A DNA stretch of 30,149 nt from a virus (lineage: Duplodnaviria > Caudoviricetes): positions 1-30,149 of the IMG/VR virus record IMGVR_UViG_3300044296_000012, one strand, 5' to 3'. A program made the translations under genes and the position numbers. Positions within the stretch are counted from its first letter, which is position 1; every line of letters begins with the position of its first letter. Positions 1 to 9,631 of this stretch are shown one piece after another. The notes under the pieces were generated by a model. That model saw only the letters and a list, made by a program, of their open reading frames with translations, had not been told where the DNA came from and ran no database searches.

Positions 1-950
1 AAGCCCCCCTTGCTTTGCCTACTGATGTTACTCAACTTAGCGTTGGTCCCGATTCAGTTATTAGGTCGAATAGCCCGGAGAAGATCCGTCGAGTAAACCT
101 TGATGTTCCACAATATACTTTTGCCGAGAACAATAATCTTTCAGATGAATTAAAACTAGGTACACGATTCCCGCAAGCACGAGCAGGTCAGGCTGAGGGA
201 TCTATCGTTACTGGTCAAGGTGTCAAGGCGCTTATGGCTGGATACGATACCCAGATCAAGGTATACCAATCAATCCTTGGTGAGGCTATTGGTCAAGCAG
301 TTTCACTTGCTTTCCAAACCGACGAAGTATACTTCGGTGACATCTCACGCGAAGTATCTTCAACAGCAAACGGCGTACCATATCAATTAAAATACAAGCC
401 ATCTGCTGACATTGATGGTAATTATGGTGTCACCGTTGAGTACGGTTTAATGGCAGGTCTTGATCCGAACCGAGCACTCGTATGGGCTTTGCAAGCCCGT
501 GGAGATAAACTCATTTCACGCGGATTGGTTCGTCGTAATATTCCGGCAAGCATTAATGCTACCGAAGAAGAACGCGCTATTGATATTGAAGATATGCGCG
601 ATTCATTAAAGAATTCTGTTGCATCTATGGCTCAAGCAATTCCACAAATGGTTATGCAAGGTCAAGATCCACTACGCATCATCGACAAGATGGCAACAGT
701 TATTGAGGCACGCAAGGCGGGTGTCCCGCTTGAAACTGCAGTTGCTAAAGCATTCAAACCTGAAAAGCCAAAGCAATCGCAGACGCCGGAGGCTGCTGCA
801 CCAGCAGCGCCTGAACAGCAAGGCATGGGTGGCGGTATGCCACAGATGCAACCTCAGGGTCGACCAGCAATGCAAGAACTTCTTGCTGGGCTGACAGGCT
901 CTGGCAACCCCGTCCTTTCTGGTCGGGTCACTCGTCAAATTCCCGCATAA
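1..950 (+). CDS. Portal protein, 3' part (5'-truncated by window edge)
   Basis: Frame is open from position 3 (GCC CCC CTT GCT TTG...). It contains a helical portal-like segment (SIVTGQGVKALMAGYDTQIKVYQSILGEAIGQAVSLAF) and a Pro/Gln/Met-rich C-terminal tail typical of podovirus portals, and it heads the virion module. Confidence 0.75.
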   Translation, partial: APLALPTDVTQLSVGPDSVIRSNSPEKIRRVNLDVPQYTFAENNNLSDELKLGTRFPQARAGQAEGSIVTGQGVKALMAGYDTQIKVYQSILGEAIGQAVSLAFQTDEVYFGDISREVSSTANGVPYQLKYKPSADIDGNYGVTVEYGLMAGLDPNRALVWALQARGDKLISRGLVRRNIPASINATEEERAIDIEDMRDSLKNSVASMAQAIPQMVMQGQDPLRIIDKMATVIEARKAGVPLETAVAKAFKPEKPKQSQTPEAAAPAAPEQQGMGGGMPQMQPQGRPAMQELLAGLTGSGNPVLSGRVTRQIPA

Positions 951-962
951 TAGGAGAAAATA

Positions 963-1115
963 ATGTTCGGAAAGCAAGGCGGATACGCTAAGGCTCCAGC
1001 CGGTGCAGGTGTTGTCAATGGCAAGAAGTCAGGTGGCAAACTCGTCGGTGGAGGTAATGTCAAAAAGGGTATTACCCCTAAGGGCATTGCTGGAAACAAA
1101 AACAAAATTAAGTAG
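963..1115 (+). CDS. 50-aa Gly/Lys-rich basic peptide (not in ORF track)
   Basis: SD TAGGAGA at 951-957, ATG 963, TAG 1113-1115. Translation: MFGKQGGYAKAPAGAGVVNGKKSGGKLVGGGNVKKGITPKGIAGNKNKIK. It fills the gap between the portal and the next gene. Confidence 0.8.
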   Translation: MFGKQGGYAKAPAGAGVVNGKKSGGKLVGGGNVKKGITPKGIAGNKNKIK

Positions 1116-1123
1116 GTTTACCC

Positions 1124-2434
1124 ATGGCTAAAAAGCCCAAATCACCTAAAGGTTTTAGGCAAGCCCGTGCAGATGCCAAGCCAGCAGCCAAGGCTGCCTT
1201 TTCTGGTAAAAGCAAGGCTTTTCCTAAAGATAAAACTTTAAAACTTTCTAAAGTTGATAAGTTAGCCTTGAATGAACAATCAAGGTGGGGCAGAGCAGAT
1301 ATGGCTGCCAATGAACATACTGAGTATGAAGATCAGCGTCGTCGTTCACGACAATACTCACTTGATAAGTTTCGTGAACAGAATAAGCCTACGGCTACTG
1401 AGGCTAGAGCCAAACAAGCAGAAAGTACTGTTAAGGCTGAGGTGAAAAAGCCTGCAGCAAAAGCAGCAGCCAAGCCTGCTGCAAAACCTGCTGCTAAGCC
1501 TGCTGCTAAACCAGCAGCAAAGCCAGAAGTAAAACCTGCTGCAACCAAACGAATGACATGGGCAGAAGCAACTAAGCAAACTGCACCAGCAAAGCCTATT
1601 GCAGAAAAGCCAGTAAATAAAAATAATGCTCTTGCAAATTCTGCTAAAGGCAAAGTTGATCGAGCCAAAACATTAGGTCAAACAAAGACAACAGATACCA
1701 CTCCAGCCAAAAATGCTCCTGCTAAACCAGCAGTTAAAAAGCCAGCAGCAAAGTCTCAACCTAAAGTTAAGGCTGTTGCTGCTAAGGGAGCAATGCCATC
1801 AGATGCTGGCGTAAAGTACAAGCAAGTTCCCGGTGCAAAATTTGATTGGGAAAAAACAGGTAAAGGTATTCTTAAAAATAAATTTGCTAGAACTGCCGGC
1901 AAAGGCATTTTAAGAAAGGCTGGAACGGTCGGTGCAGCCATAACTGCATACGAAATGATCAAGCCATTTACCGATGCAGCGCTTAAGGCTGCTACCGGAA
2001 AGTACAAAACGCCAAACGCTAAGTTGTCCCAACTTGCTTCTGCCTCTGTAGGTAGAGGTGGAACAGCCAGACCAATAACACAAGTTACTGGTGTTAAAAT
2101 GGGTCGTCCAAAGGGAACAACCATTGCAAAGAAATCACCAATTCAAGGTGTTAGCATGGGTCGTCCGGGTGGCGCTGGCGTTAAGCCACAGGCAACACAA
2201 AGCGTATCAATGGGAAGAAATGGTGGAACCAAAGCAACAACAGTTCCAGCAGTCTCATCAACAGGCGTACATGTTGTTAAAAAAGGTGACACACTTTCCG
2301 GCATTGCTGCAAAGTATGGTGTTTCGCTCGCTTCTGTTAAAGAAGCAAATCCAATCTTGACCACTAACAAAAAGTATAAGGGTGGTTCAATGATTTGGTC
2401 TGGTTCAAAGATTAAGATCCCAACTAAGAAGTAG
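1124..2434 (+). CDS. Lys/Ala/Pro-rich histone H1-like protein with C-terminal LysM domain
   Basis: Tandem AAKP repeats. The C-terminus HVVKKGDTLSGIAAKYGVSLASVKEANP...IWSGSKIKIP (about 2270-2422) is a classic LysM pattern. Confidence 0.85.
   Translation: MAKKPKSPKGFRQARADAKPAAKAAFSGKSKAFPKDKTLKLSKVDKLALNEQSRWGRADMAANEHTEYEDQRRRSRQYSLDKFREQNKPTATEARAKQAESTVKAEVKKPAAKAAAKPAAKPAAKPAAKPAAKPEVKPAATKRMTWAEATKQTAPAKPIAEKPVNKNNALANSAKGKVDRAKTLGQTKTTDTTPAKNAPAKPAVKKPAAKSQPKVKAVAAKGAMPSDAGVKYKQVPGAKFDWEKTGKGILKNKFARTAGKGILRKAGTVGAAITAYEMIKPFTDAALKAATGKYKTPNAKLSQLASASVGRGGTARPITQVTGVKMGRPKGTTIAKKSPIQGVSMGRPGGAGVKPQATQSVSMGRNGGTKATTVPAVSSTGVHVVKKGDTLSGIAAKYGVSLASVKEANPILTTNKKYKGGSMIWSGSKIKIPTKK
1447..1545 (+). 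repeat. Degenerate 12-bp tandem repeat encoding (AAKP)n
   Basis: KPAAKAAAKPAAKPAAKPAAKPAAKPEVKPAA, with synonymous codon variation between units. Confidence 0.9.
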
Positions 2435-2439
2435 GTTAT

Positions 2440-2832
2440 ATGCCTGAGCAAATTCCGGGAGCACCGGGTAAGTACGCTCCACAACCTGCTGCACAAGGCA
2501 AAAAACAATTACCTAATGCAGCATATGGCGAGCAAATGGATTTCCAACAAATCCAAGGTGGCGCTCCTATGGCTAAAACTAATCAGGCAGCAAATGTCGT
2601 CCGTCTGGATGCACCTACCCAACGACCCGGGGAGCCAGTTACTGCTGGCTCTCCTTCGGGTCCGGGTCCCGGACCAGAAGTATTGGGATTACCAACTTCT
2701 GTTGATTCACAATTAAACGACCTTTCCATGATTGCACAATACCTTCCCGTTATGCAGCAATTTGCTGATTCTAGCGAATCAACCGGAACGATGAAGGCTT
2801 TCGTTAGATATTTACGGAGTCAAACTGGATGA
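2440..2832 (+). CDS. Pro/Gln/Gly-rich hypothetical virion protein (130 aa)
   Basis: ATG 5 nt after the preceding stop; motif PTQRPGEPVTAGSPSGPGPGPEVL; ATGA overlap with the next ORF. Confidence 0.8.
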   Translation: MPEQIPGAPGKYAPQPAAQGKKQLPNAAYGEQMDFQQIQGGAPMAKTNQAANVVRLDAPTQRPGEPVTAGSPSGPGPGPEVLGLPTSVDSQLNDLSMIAQYLPVMQQFADSSESTGTMKAFVRYLRSQTG

Positions 2833-3014
2833 GGATCTTACAAAAGTTTGAAGAGAATCTTGAATATCTTGGGTTTCAGATGGCTCCGATTGCTTGGGAT
2901 CTTGCTCGCATGAATTTTAAATCCGATCAGGATCGGATAAATCTACTTGAGGAATTGACTTCCAAGCAGGAGGTGCAGAATAGTGGCGGGACAGCAACCA
3001 CAGGAAACGCCTGA
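2829..3014 (+). CDS. Hypothetical protein (61 aa)
   Basis: ATGA-coupled start; fills the gap before the 1665-aa gene and overlaps it by 32 nt. Confidence 0.65.
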   Translation: MRILQKFEENLEYLGFQMAPIAWDLARMNFKSDQDRINLLEELTSKQEVQNSGGTATTGNA

Positions 3015-6000
3015 GCAATACTTCGCTCGAATGCGAGCGCAATATAATCAAACAAGCCCCAATCCCGCTCCACTTTCTAAAGTAGAACAATTCTCTAAAC
3101 AACAAACCATTGATGATGGTACAAAAGTTGGCGGAGTAGAGCAGGCAGTATTACCAAAGATTCAAGCAGCAATAGAGGCTGGAAAGAAAAAGCCAGTTCT
3201 TGGTGCTATTCTAAACCCAGCAATGACATTGATGGAAAACATCAATAAAGATTTTGTTCAACCAGCACAACATGCTGTCTCTACTGTTCTTTTAACACAA
3301 CAAAGTATTGGAAAAAAGAAAAACTTTGTTGAAGATTTTAAATATGCAAAAGAACAATCTAAAAAGATTTCTATGGGTCAGGCTTTGGCTACAAGTCTTG
3401 GCAAAGCCGTTGGCGAATTAACGCCAGATTCAATTACTCCAGATTTCATGGACTCAAACTTTGATGTATTTAACGATACACAAAGAAAGAAAGCATTCCG
3501 TGATGAATGGTCTGGCATTGTTGCTTCCGGTATAACTGATTTATCAATCAACTGGCTGGGAAGCAAGGGCGCTGGCAAGGCTGTTAAGACAATAGCCAAG
3601 GCTTCGCTCGGTTCAACAACGATTAAATCAGCAGCACAGATGGAACAGTTCGCTAATCTTGCAGAACAAGCAGTATCTGATGCTGCCAATGGTGTTAAGC
3701 CAACATCTGGCTTAGGTGTCCTTATTAATGATGCGGTATCACAAAGAGATATCAACAAACTTACTTCGAATCCACTTGTAAGTGAGTCAAGTAATCCATA
3801 TCGCAATGCAATTATCTTATCTCGTCTTGATAACCACAGAGATGTTGCAGATTTCTTGCTTGCTGAGCGTGGTGATGCTGGCGCATTTAACCGTTTAATG
3901 CAAAGCAAACCATTTGAGGCTGATGCTTTAAGCAATTATGGTAAAGATGCCATAGATCCCAAGGTTGATTTTTCAAAAATTACCTATGAGAACATAACAC
4001 CAGAATTAACACAACGGTATAAAACCTTAATTGACGCTAAGCGTAAGTCAGATCCAACATTTGCAACAGAGATGGATGACTTCTTTAATAAAGTTTCCGA
4101 AGCAAAAGTTGTTGAAACATTTCAACCTACTCGTTTTGGTCTTGTTGAAACGGCTCGTCTTGGATCTAAGCAGATTAGTCAATCTGCTAAGATCGGTGAT
4201 CTTAAATTATTCGGTGACGATGCTAATTCATCATGGAAAACTGCTGTTTATCAGTCAACTCCATATGACCGTGCTATTCGTTTAATAGCATACATAGGGT
4301 CTGGTCGTCCTCAAGGGTACATTAATATTAGTAATCCTCGTAGGTTTGAGGCTAAAGAGGATTTATTATCTGATCTGAACCGTTTGCAAATGCTTCGTGG
4401 CGCTGATGGCGCTAAGTTCAAGCAATCAATGGTTAATCGTTTTCTTGAAGCAACTGATGATACGCAACGCGCCGTAGCGCTTGGCTGGATCGAACGCCAA
4501 GTAATGGAACGCATGGCTAAATACTATGGTGTTATTAATGCTGCTGATGTTAATACCGTTGGTGATGCAGTAAAGAAAATTAATGCTTGGCATTTTAATA
4601 CATCTGCTCGTCGTCAAAGCACCATGAAATATGCTCAAGATCATGGTTTAATTCCTGATGATGATGGAAACATCAATGTTACAAACTTTATAGCACAAGC
4701 AAACGAAGCACAAAGCCTGCCAATGCTTGACTTCCGTCGTTTAGAGACAGAAGTTATATTCAATACACGCAAAGAACTTGGTGGAATGGCTCCGATAACT
4801 GGTGGTCAAGTAGCAAGCGCTGTAACATCGCGAGCGCTTACTGGTATTAGTCATTTGCTTGATACAGCAAACATGGTATTTAACACATTAAACCTTGTTC
4901 GTTTGGCATACATACCAAAGAACTCAATGGTTGATCCAATGATGCGTGGAATGATGGCTACATCAAGTTTACAATTGATGAGGAATGCCTATCCGGGTAT
5001 GTCCAATGTCATGTACAACGCAAGTTTAAATGCTGAAAGAATTGGTAGATGGGTTCCGGGTACTACTGGTAATAAGTCTCGTCGTTTGGCTAAGTCTGCA
5101 TCAAAAGAAATTGATGCAATATATCCTGATTTAGAAAAATCAATTTCACGATCTGAATATATTTCTACCAATATTGGTAAGGCTTCTAAAGATTATAACA
5201 ATCTTATTGCTCGTCGAGATAAACTTGCTGCCAAAAAGAAAAAAACAGTAGATGAGCAAACCGCTCTTAATGAGATGAATGCTCAATTGGATAATCTTAA
5301 GTCATCCATAGATTCTGATTCACAACAACTTGATTCATTAAAATCAAGAATCGCTGCCATGTCAACCAAGATTGAATTAAATCGCGCAAAGTTGCGCGAG
5401 CATGTTAAGCGTGGTGGAGAATTAAAACAACGCAAACATCTTGGTCAAGAAACAGAAACCATTACATCAGAGAATGGTAATGTCTATACCATCCAAGGTC
5501 TTGCAGATCCAAATGTTCGTGGTGCTAATGCATACATGAGCGAGTTAGATCCAACACAAAACTTCTACAGCGCATCAATGCAGTCAGAGTATTTAAGAAC
5601 ATTGAAGTCTGAGGGAAACCGATTCGTAAAGATTAGTCGTTACGAAAAAGGCGGAAAGCCATACTTTAATGCTCTTCAACATATTGCTAATCGTCAAATA
5701 AGAAACGAAATAGATATGCCACTTGGCATGATATTTGGTGGAGCAGACGATTTAACTGTATTTAATTGGCTTAAAAAGAGCGAGGCTGGAAAAGAATATG
5801 TCGCTCGTCTTGGTTCTCGTTACTCCATTACAGATCCAAAGACTGGCAAGATAACTCCGCACATTCTTTCTGACGAAGAATTAATTGGATGGATTCAATC
5901 TACTCGTGATCGAGTATTAAAGATGTATCCAGACGAACAACTTCGTCAAACAATTCTTCAACGCCCTGTAACATATCAAGAGATTGAAGCAGCGCTTAAA

Positions 6001-7980
6001 GGAAGAACCGATCTTCTTAAAGAGATCGACGGACCAAATGTTCGTCTATCTGATCTTAATCCACTTGAGCGTGCTGGCGCTATAGCAAGTGCTGGCATTG
6101 ATGCTGCTTGGCGTGCATTGTCTGCATCCGAAACTCGCATGGTTCGTAACCCAATGTTCATGCTTTATGCTCGCGAAGAAATGCAAAAGTTGGTCAATGC
6201 TGCTGAACGGGCTGGATTAAATCCAACCGATGGAATTGTTAACCATCAATATCGTCAGATTGCTTATCGAAATGCACTTAAGCGTGTAGAGCAAACGCTC
6301 TACTCTAGCCGTCGGTTAACTAATGGTATGTACGCCATGCGTTATGCAATGTCATTCCCCATGGCTTTCTTTAATAGCCAAATGGTAGCAGTTCGACTTA
6401 TGGCTCAGAATCCAATGAACGCTTATTGGTATGATTCAGTTATTAAAGCGTTTGATAATCGTGGAGTATACGAAGATCAACAAGGAAATACATACGATTC
6501 TATTGATAAAGTTCCTAAAGGAACATCGGTAAGCGTTCAGATGAAGTTTCCTTTTTGGGATAACAAAAACATTCCAGATTTCTTAAAGCCATATGCTGAT
6601 CAAAGAGGTGGAGGAATTCGCCTCAATCCAAAGCAATTAGAATTTATGGTTGCAGATCCAAGCATTTCTTGGATGGGCGGAATTGGTTTATCGCAAGTTA
6701 TTAAAACTGGCTTTGGCGTTTCGTTATGGAACAAGCATGGCGAAGATGTTGTCAAATATCTTCGTGACAACCTTGGTAATGATTTTTACGAAAGCAGTTT
6801 ATTATATGGTGGATATCCACAAGGTGGAGATTCGTTTACTGGAACAGTAATTGGATCAATACTTCCATCATATATTGAAACCCTTTATGGTTATTTTGCC
6901 AAAGATAAACAAGATCGATTCTTTGACGAAACAAATGTTCAGTTCCGTGTTGCTATGGAAGAATGGCAAAAGAATGGAAGAGTAGGAAAGATTCCTACTT
7001 GGGAATCAGCAGCAAAGGCTGCTGGTAACCTTGCTTTCATTAAGGCTTTTACGCAATGGGCTTTGCCAATATCAGCAAGTTACGATCCGGTTACTCGTTC
7101 GGCAATGAAGTATTATGCTACATTGCTAAAAGAAAACTCAGGAGATTTTGCTAAGGCTGACGCGCAGTTTACCAAAGACTGGGGCGTTGAATCATTAGCC
7201 TTACTTGGTTCATCAAAGAGTAATACTGCTGGTCTTGCATCAAACATGTCTGATATTAAAATAGTTCGTAACAACAAAGACCTTTTAATTCAACTGGCTG
7301 AGTATAATCCAAAATATGCTGGAATGCTTTCTACTGGTTATGGTGAATTAACAGATCAATACTCTCCAGAAATTGCGTCCATCTATAAAAATTTAGAATA
7401 CCCGGGTGGTGGCGTTGGGAAATTATCCCAACGAAAAGAGAGCATTGACATACGCAAAGAAATAGAAACCCGTCCGGGTTACTATCAATACAATCTTGCT
7501 GTTCAATGGCGTGATGCATTTATGCAACAATACGCCGTAAGAAATACATCAGATGTTCGATACGAGCGTCTTGGAATTAAAGAACAGTTTGATAATAAAG
7601 TCAAGGCTATTAAAGAGAAGTATCCTATATGGGCTGCTACTCGAGATCAAGATCGCAAAGATTTTTGGAACGCAACTTTTCCTGCAATTCAATCTATTAT
7701 TAACAACAAGGCTTGGATGGATTATTCTTCTAAATCATCTAAGGTTACTGGTGGAGTTGACAAGTGGGCAGAGATTGCCAACTGGGTCAATGTTGTTTCT
7801 GAATATAAAAAAGAAATTGATCGTCCACGAAACTCAAAGCAACGCGATAAAGATTTAAAAACTTCGTTGGCACAATTTCATTATGACTATATCCAATCGG
7901 CATCTGACGAATTTGAAGCATTTGCTTCTCGTTGGTTAGAAAATATGCCCGAACTAAATCCGGAGTTGGCGGTTCAATAA
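2983..7980 (+). CDS. Large putative internal virion / DNA-ejection protein (1665 aa)
   Basis: SD AGGAGGT about 8 nt before the GTG. Largely helical with a coiled-coil stretch. Size and position resemble podovirus ejection proteins; function is inferred. Confidence 0.7.
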   Translation: MAGQQPQETPEQYFARMRAQYNQTSPNPAPLSKVEQFSKQQTIDDGTKVGGVEQAVLPKIQAAIEAGKKKPVLGAILNPAMTLMENINKDFVQPAQHAVSTVLLTQQSIGKKKNFVEDFKYAKEQSKKISMGQALATSLGKAVGELTPDSITPDFMDSNFDVFNDTQRKKAFRDEWSGIVASGITDLSINWLGSKGAGKAVKTIAKASLGSTTIKSAAQMEQFANLAEQAVSDAANGVKPTSGLGVLINDAVSQRDINKLTSNPLVSESSNPYRNAIILSRLDNHRDVADFLLAERGDAGAFNRLMQSKPFEADALSNYGKDAIDPKVDFSKITYENITPELTQRYKTLIDAKRKSDPTFATEMDDFFNKVSEAKVVETFQPTRFGLVETARLGSKQISQSAKIGDLKLFGDDANSSWKTAVYQSTPYDRAIRLIAYIGSGRPQGYINISNPRRFEAKEDLLSDLNRLQMLRGADGAKFKQSMVNRFLEATDDTQRAVALGWIERQVMERMAKYYGVINAADVNTVGDAVKKINAWHFNTSARRQSTMKYAQDHGLIPDDDGNINVTNFIAQANEAQSLPMLDFRRLETEVIFNTRKELGGMAPITGGQVASAVTSRALTGISHLLDTANMVFNTLNLVRLAYIPKNSMVDPMMRGMMATSSLQLMRNAYPGMSNVMYNASLNAERIGRWVPGTTGNKSRRLAKSASKEIDAIYPDLEKSISRSEYISTNIGKASKDYNNLIARRDKLAAKKKKTVDEQTALNEMNAQLDNLKSSIDSDSQQLDSLKSRIAAMSTKIELNRAKLREHVKRGGELKQRKHLGQETETITSENGNVYTIQGLADPNVRGANAYMSELDPTQNFYSASMQSEYLRTLKSEGNRFVKISRYEKGGKPYFNALQHIANRQIRNEIDMPLGMIFGGADDLTVFNWLKKSEAGKEYVARLGSRYSITDPKTGKITPHILSDEELIGWIQSTRDRVLKMYPDEQLRQTILQRPVTYQEIEAALKGRTDLLKEIDGPNVRLSDLNPLERAGAIASAGIDAAWRALSASETRMVRNPMFMLYAREEMQKLVNAAERAGLNPTDGIVNHQYRQIAYRNALKRVEQTLYSSRRLTNGMYAMRYAMSFPMAFFNSQMVAVRLMAQNPMNAYWYDSVIKAFDNRGVYEDQQGNTYDSIDKVPKGTSVSVQMKFPFWDNKNIPDFLKPYADQRGGGIRLNPKQLEFMVADPSISWMGGIGLSQVIKTGFGVSLWNKHGEDVVKYLRDNLGNDFYESSLLYGGYPQGGDSFTGTVIGSILPSYIETLYGYFAKDKQDRFFDETNVQFRVAMEEWQKNGRVGKIPTWESAAKAAGNLAFIKAFTQWALPISASYDPVTRSAMKYYATLLKENSGDFAKADAQFTKDWGVESLALLGSSKSNTAGLASNMSDIKIVRNNKDLLIQLAEYNPKYAGMLSTGYGELTDQYSPEIASIYKNLEYPGGGVGKLSQRKESIDIRKEIETRPGYYQYNLAVQWRDAFMQQYAVRNTSDVRYERLGIKEQFDNKVKAIKEKYPIWAATRDQDRKDFWNATFPAIQSIINNKAWMDYSSKSSKVTGGVDKWAEIANWVNVVSEYKKEIDRPRNSKQRDKDLKTSLAQFHYDYIQSASDEFEAFASRWLENMPELNPELAVQ

Positions 7981-8678
7981 TGGCTGGAGAGAATCAAACT
8001 ACTGGCAATATTTCACCAATCTATATTAGCGCAGAGTCAGCAATGGCTGGCAAGGCATGGGACCTTGCCCAAGCCAAGGCTTGGTTAAAATATGCCAAGA
8101 ATGCTGGTGGAGAAAAAAGTAACTTCTACAAGAACTGGGTTGCTGCTCTTAAGCAAAGAGGTATTCCAGAAAGCAAAGCGCTACAGGCTTGGTCAGATGC
8201 TGTTGACTATACACAGGTTCCGGGTAATGCTTCACAGGGCGCTCCAGAAACTTATCTTAATATCATTGATCCGGGTACATATGTTTCTGCTTCGGCAACA
8301 GCAAAATACGGAACAACAAAACAACAGCAAAAATATGTAACCGAATATAGTACAAGTTCTGCTGCTGCAGACTTGCAACAGATGTTTAAGTCTGAGGTTG
8401 GTCGTAAGGCTACTGCCGAAGAAGTTGCTGCGTATCAAAAGCAAGCCAACGCTATGGCAGCAAAAGAACCATCAGTAACTACTGCAATTACCACTACCAG
8501 TCCCGGCATGAGCACAACTACTGGAAGTACTCAGACTGGTTTTAATCCAACAGAGTTTGCTCGTGAGTTTGCTCAAAGCGTTCCAGACTATGCAGAAAAT
8601 TTTGCTGTAAGCAATTTTGTCAAGTTGATCGATCAGGCTTTGTCTGATCCTAATCGTGTTGGTCAGGTGGTTCAGTAA
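7980..8678 (+). CDS. Putative internal virion protein (232 aa)
   Basis: The TAATG overlap at 7978-7982 with GGAG upstream favours ATG 7980 over the track's 7932 start. Confidence 0.7.
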   Translation: MAGENQTTGNISPIYISAESAMAGKAWDLAQAKAWLKYAKNAGGEKSNFYKNWVAALKQRGIPESKALQAWSDAVDYTQVPGNASQGAPETYLNIIDPGTYVSASATAKYGTTKQQQKYVTEYSTSSAAADLQQMFKSEVGRKATAEEVAAYQKQANAMAAKEPSVTTAITTTSPGMSTTTGSTQTGFNPTEFAREFAQSVPDYAENFAVSNFVKLIDQALSDPNRVGQVVQ

Positions 8679-9628
8679 TGGCTTTACAGAAAGACACTCT
8701 GAATCTTGCTGATCTTGAAGCAAAGTATGGCATTGCAGCATCAATGCTTATTGCTGACAAGTCGCTTCAAGAAGTATTAAATACAATCATCAAGGATGGC
8801 ATTACAGATCCTGATTTGCAACTTGCTGCATTAAAGCAAACAGATTGGTATAAAAAGAATACTGATGATTGGAGAAAGTTCCAATCATATAAATTTGGAA
8901 ACCCTTCAACATTTGCCGTTGATCTTCAAAACAACGCCAAGTCTGTAACAGAGAAGTTTGCTAAGGCTGGCATTAATGTTGACGCATCAACTGTTGTATC
9001 AATTGCCGAAAAGATGATGATGAAGAGCGCCATCGTTGATGGCAAGGCTGTTAGTTATGATGGCAAATATCTTAACAAGATGCTCGCTAATGCTATTGAT
9101 TTTACTAAAACCAAGACAATTAATAATAAACAATTCTATGATGTTCAAGGAAATCTTGCAACAGTAGCCAATGGTTTATACAACGCAGCCCGTGATTACG
9201 GGATGGATACCAGTATGACCAATCAAGGATTTAAGAATTGGTTTGAAACTAATATGCGTTCCCTTGTTGCTGGAGATATAACCGCACAAGAACTTACTGA
9301 TCAACTGGCTAACAATGCCGTATCCATGATGCCGGGTCTGGCTGATCAGATTCGCTCAGGCAAGACAGTTCGTGCAGCAGCAGATCCTTGGATCAATGCT
9401 ATTGCAAACGAACTAGAAGTTGATCCAGAAACCATTGATCTTACTGATTCAATGTTGCAACGGGCTATCAATAACTCTGACGAAAAGGGCAACTTTTCTC
9501 CTAGAAGTCTTTATGACACCAAATTGATGGCTCGGAAAGATCCTCGCTGGGATTACACCAGTACCGCCAAAAAAGAAAAGACCGGCATTGCCGGAACCAT
9601 TCTTAGAGATTTCGGATTTTTGGGATAA
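8678..9628 (+). CDS. Putative internal virion protein (316 aa)
   Basis: TAATG-coupled start; helical character; part of the block between portal and scaffold. Confidence 0.7.
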   Translation: MALQKDTLNLADLEAKYGIAASMLIADKSLQEVLNTIIKDGITDPDLQLAALKQTDWYKKNTDDWRKFQSYKFGNPSTFAVDLQNNAKSVTEKFAKAGINVDASTVVSIAEKMMMKSAIVDGKAVSYDGKYLNKMLANAIDFTKTKTINNKQFYDVQGNLATVANGLYNAARDYGMDTSMTNQGFKNWFETNMRSLVAGDITAQELTDQLANNAVSMMPGLADQIRSGKTVRAAADPWINAIANELEVDPETIDLTDSMLQRAINNSDEKGNFSPRSLYDTKLMARKDPRWDYTSTAKKEKTGIAGTILRDFGFLG

Positions 9629-9631
9629 TTG

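Noticed and set aside
1333-2508. Minus-strand ORFs opposite the H1-like/LysM gene (and similar ones at 3378-3935 and 16452-16967)
   Set aside because: Antisense shadows of biased or low-complexity plus-strand genes, with no independent protein features.
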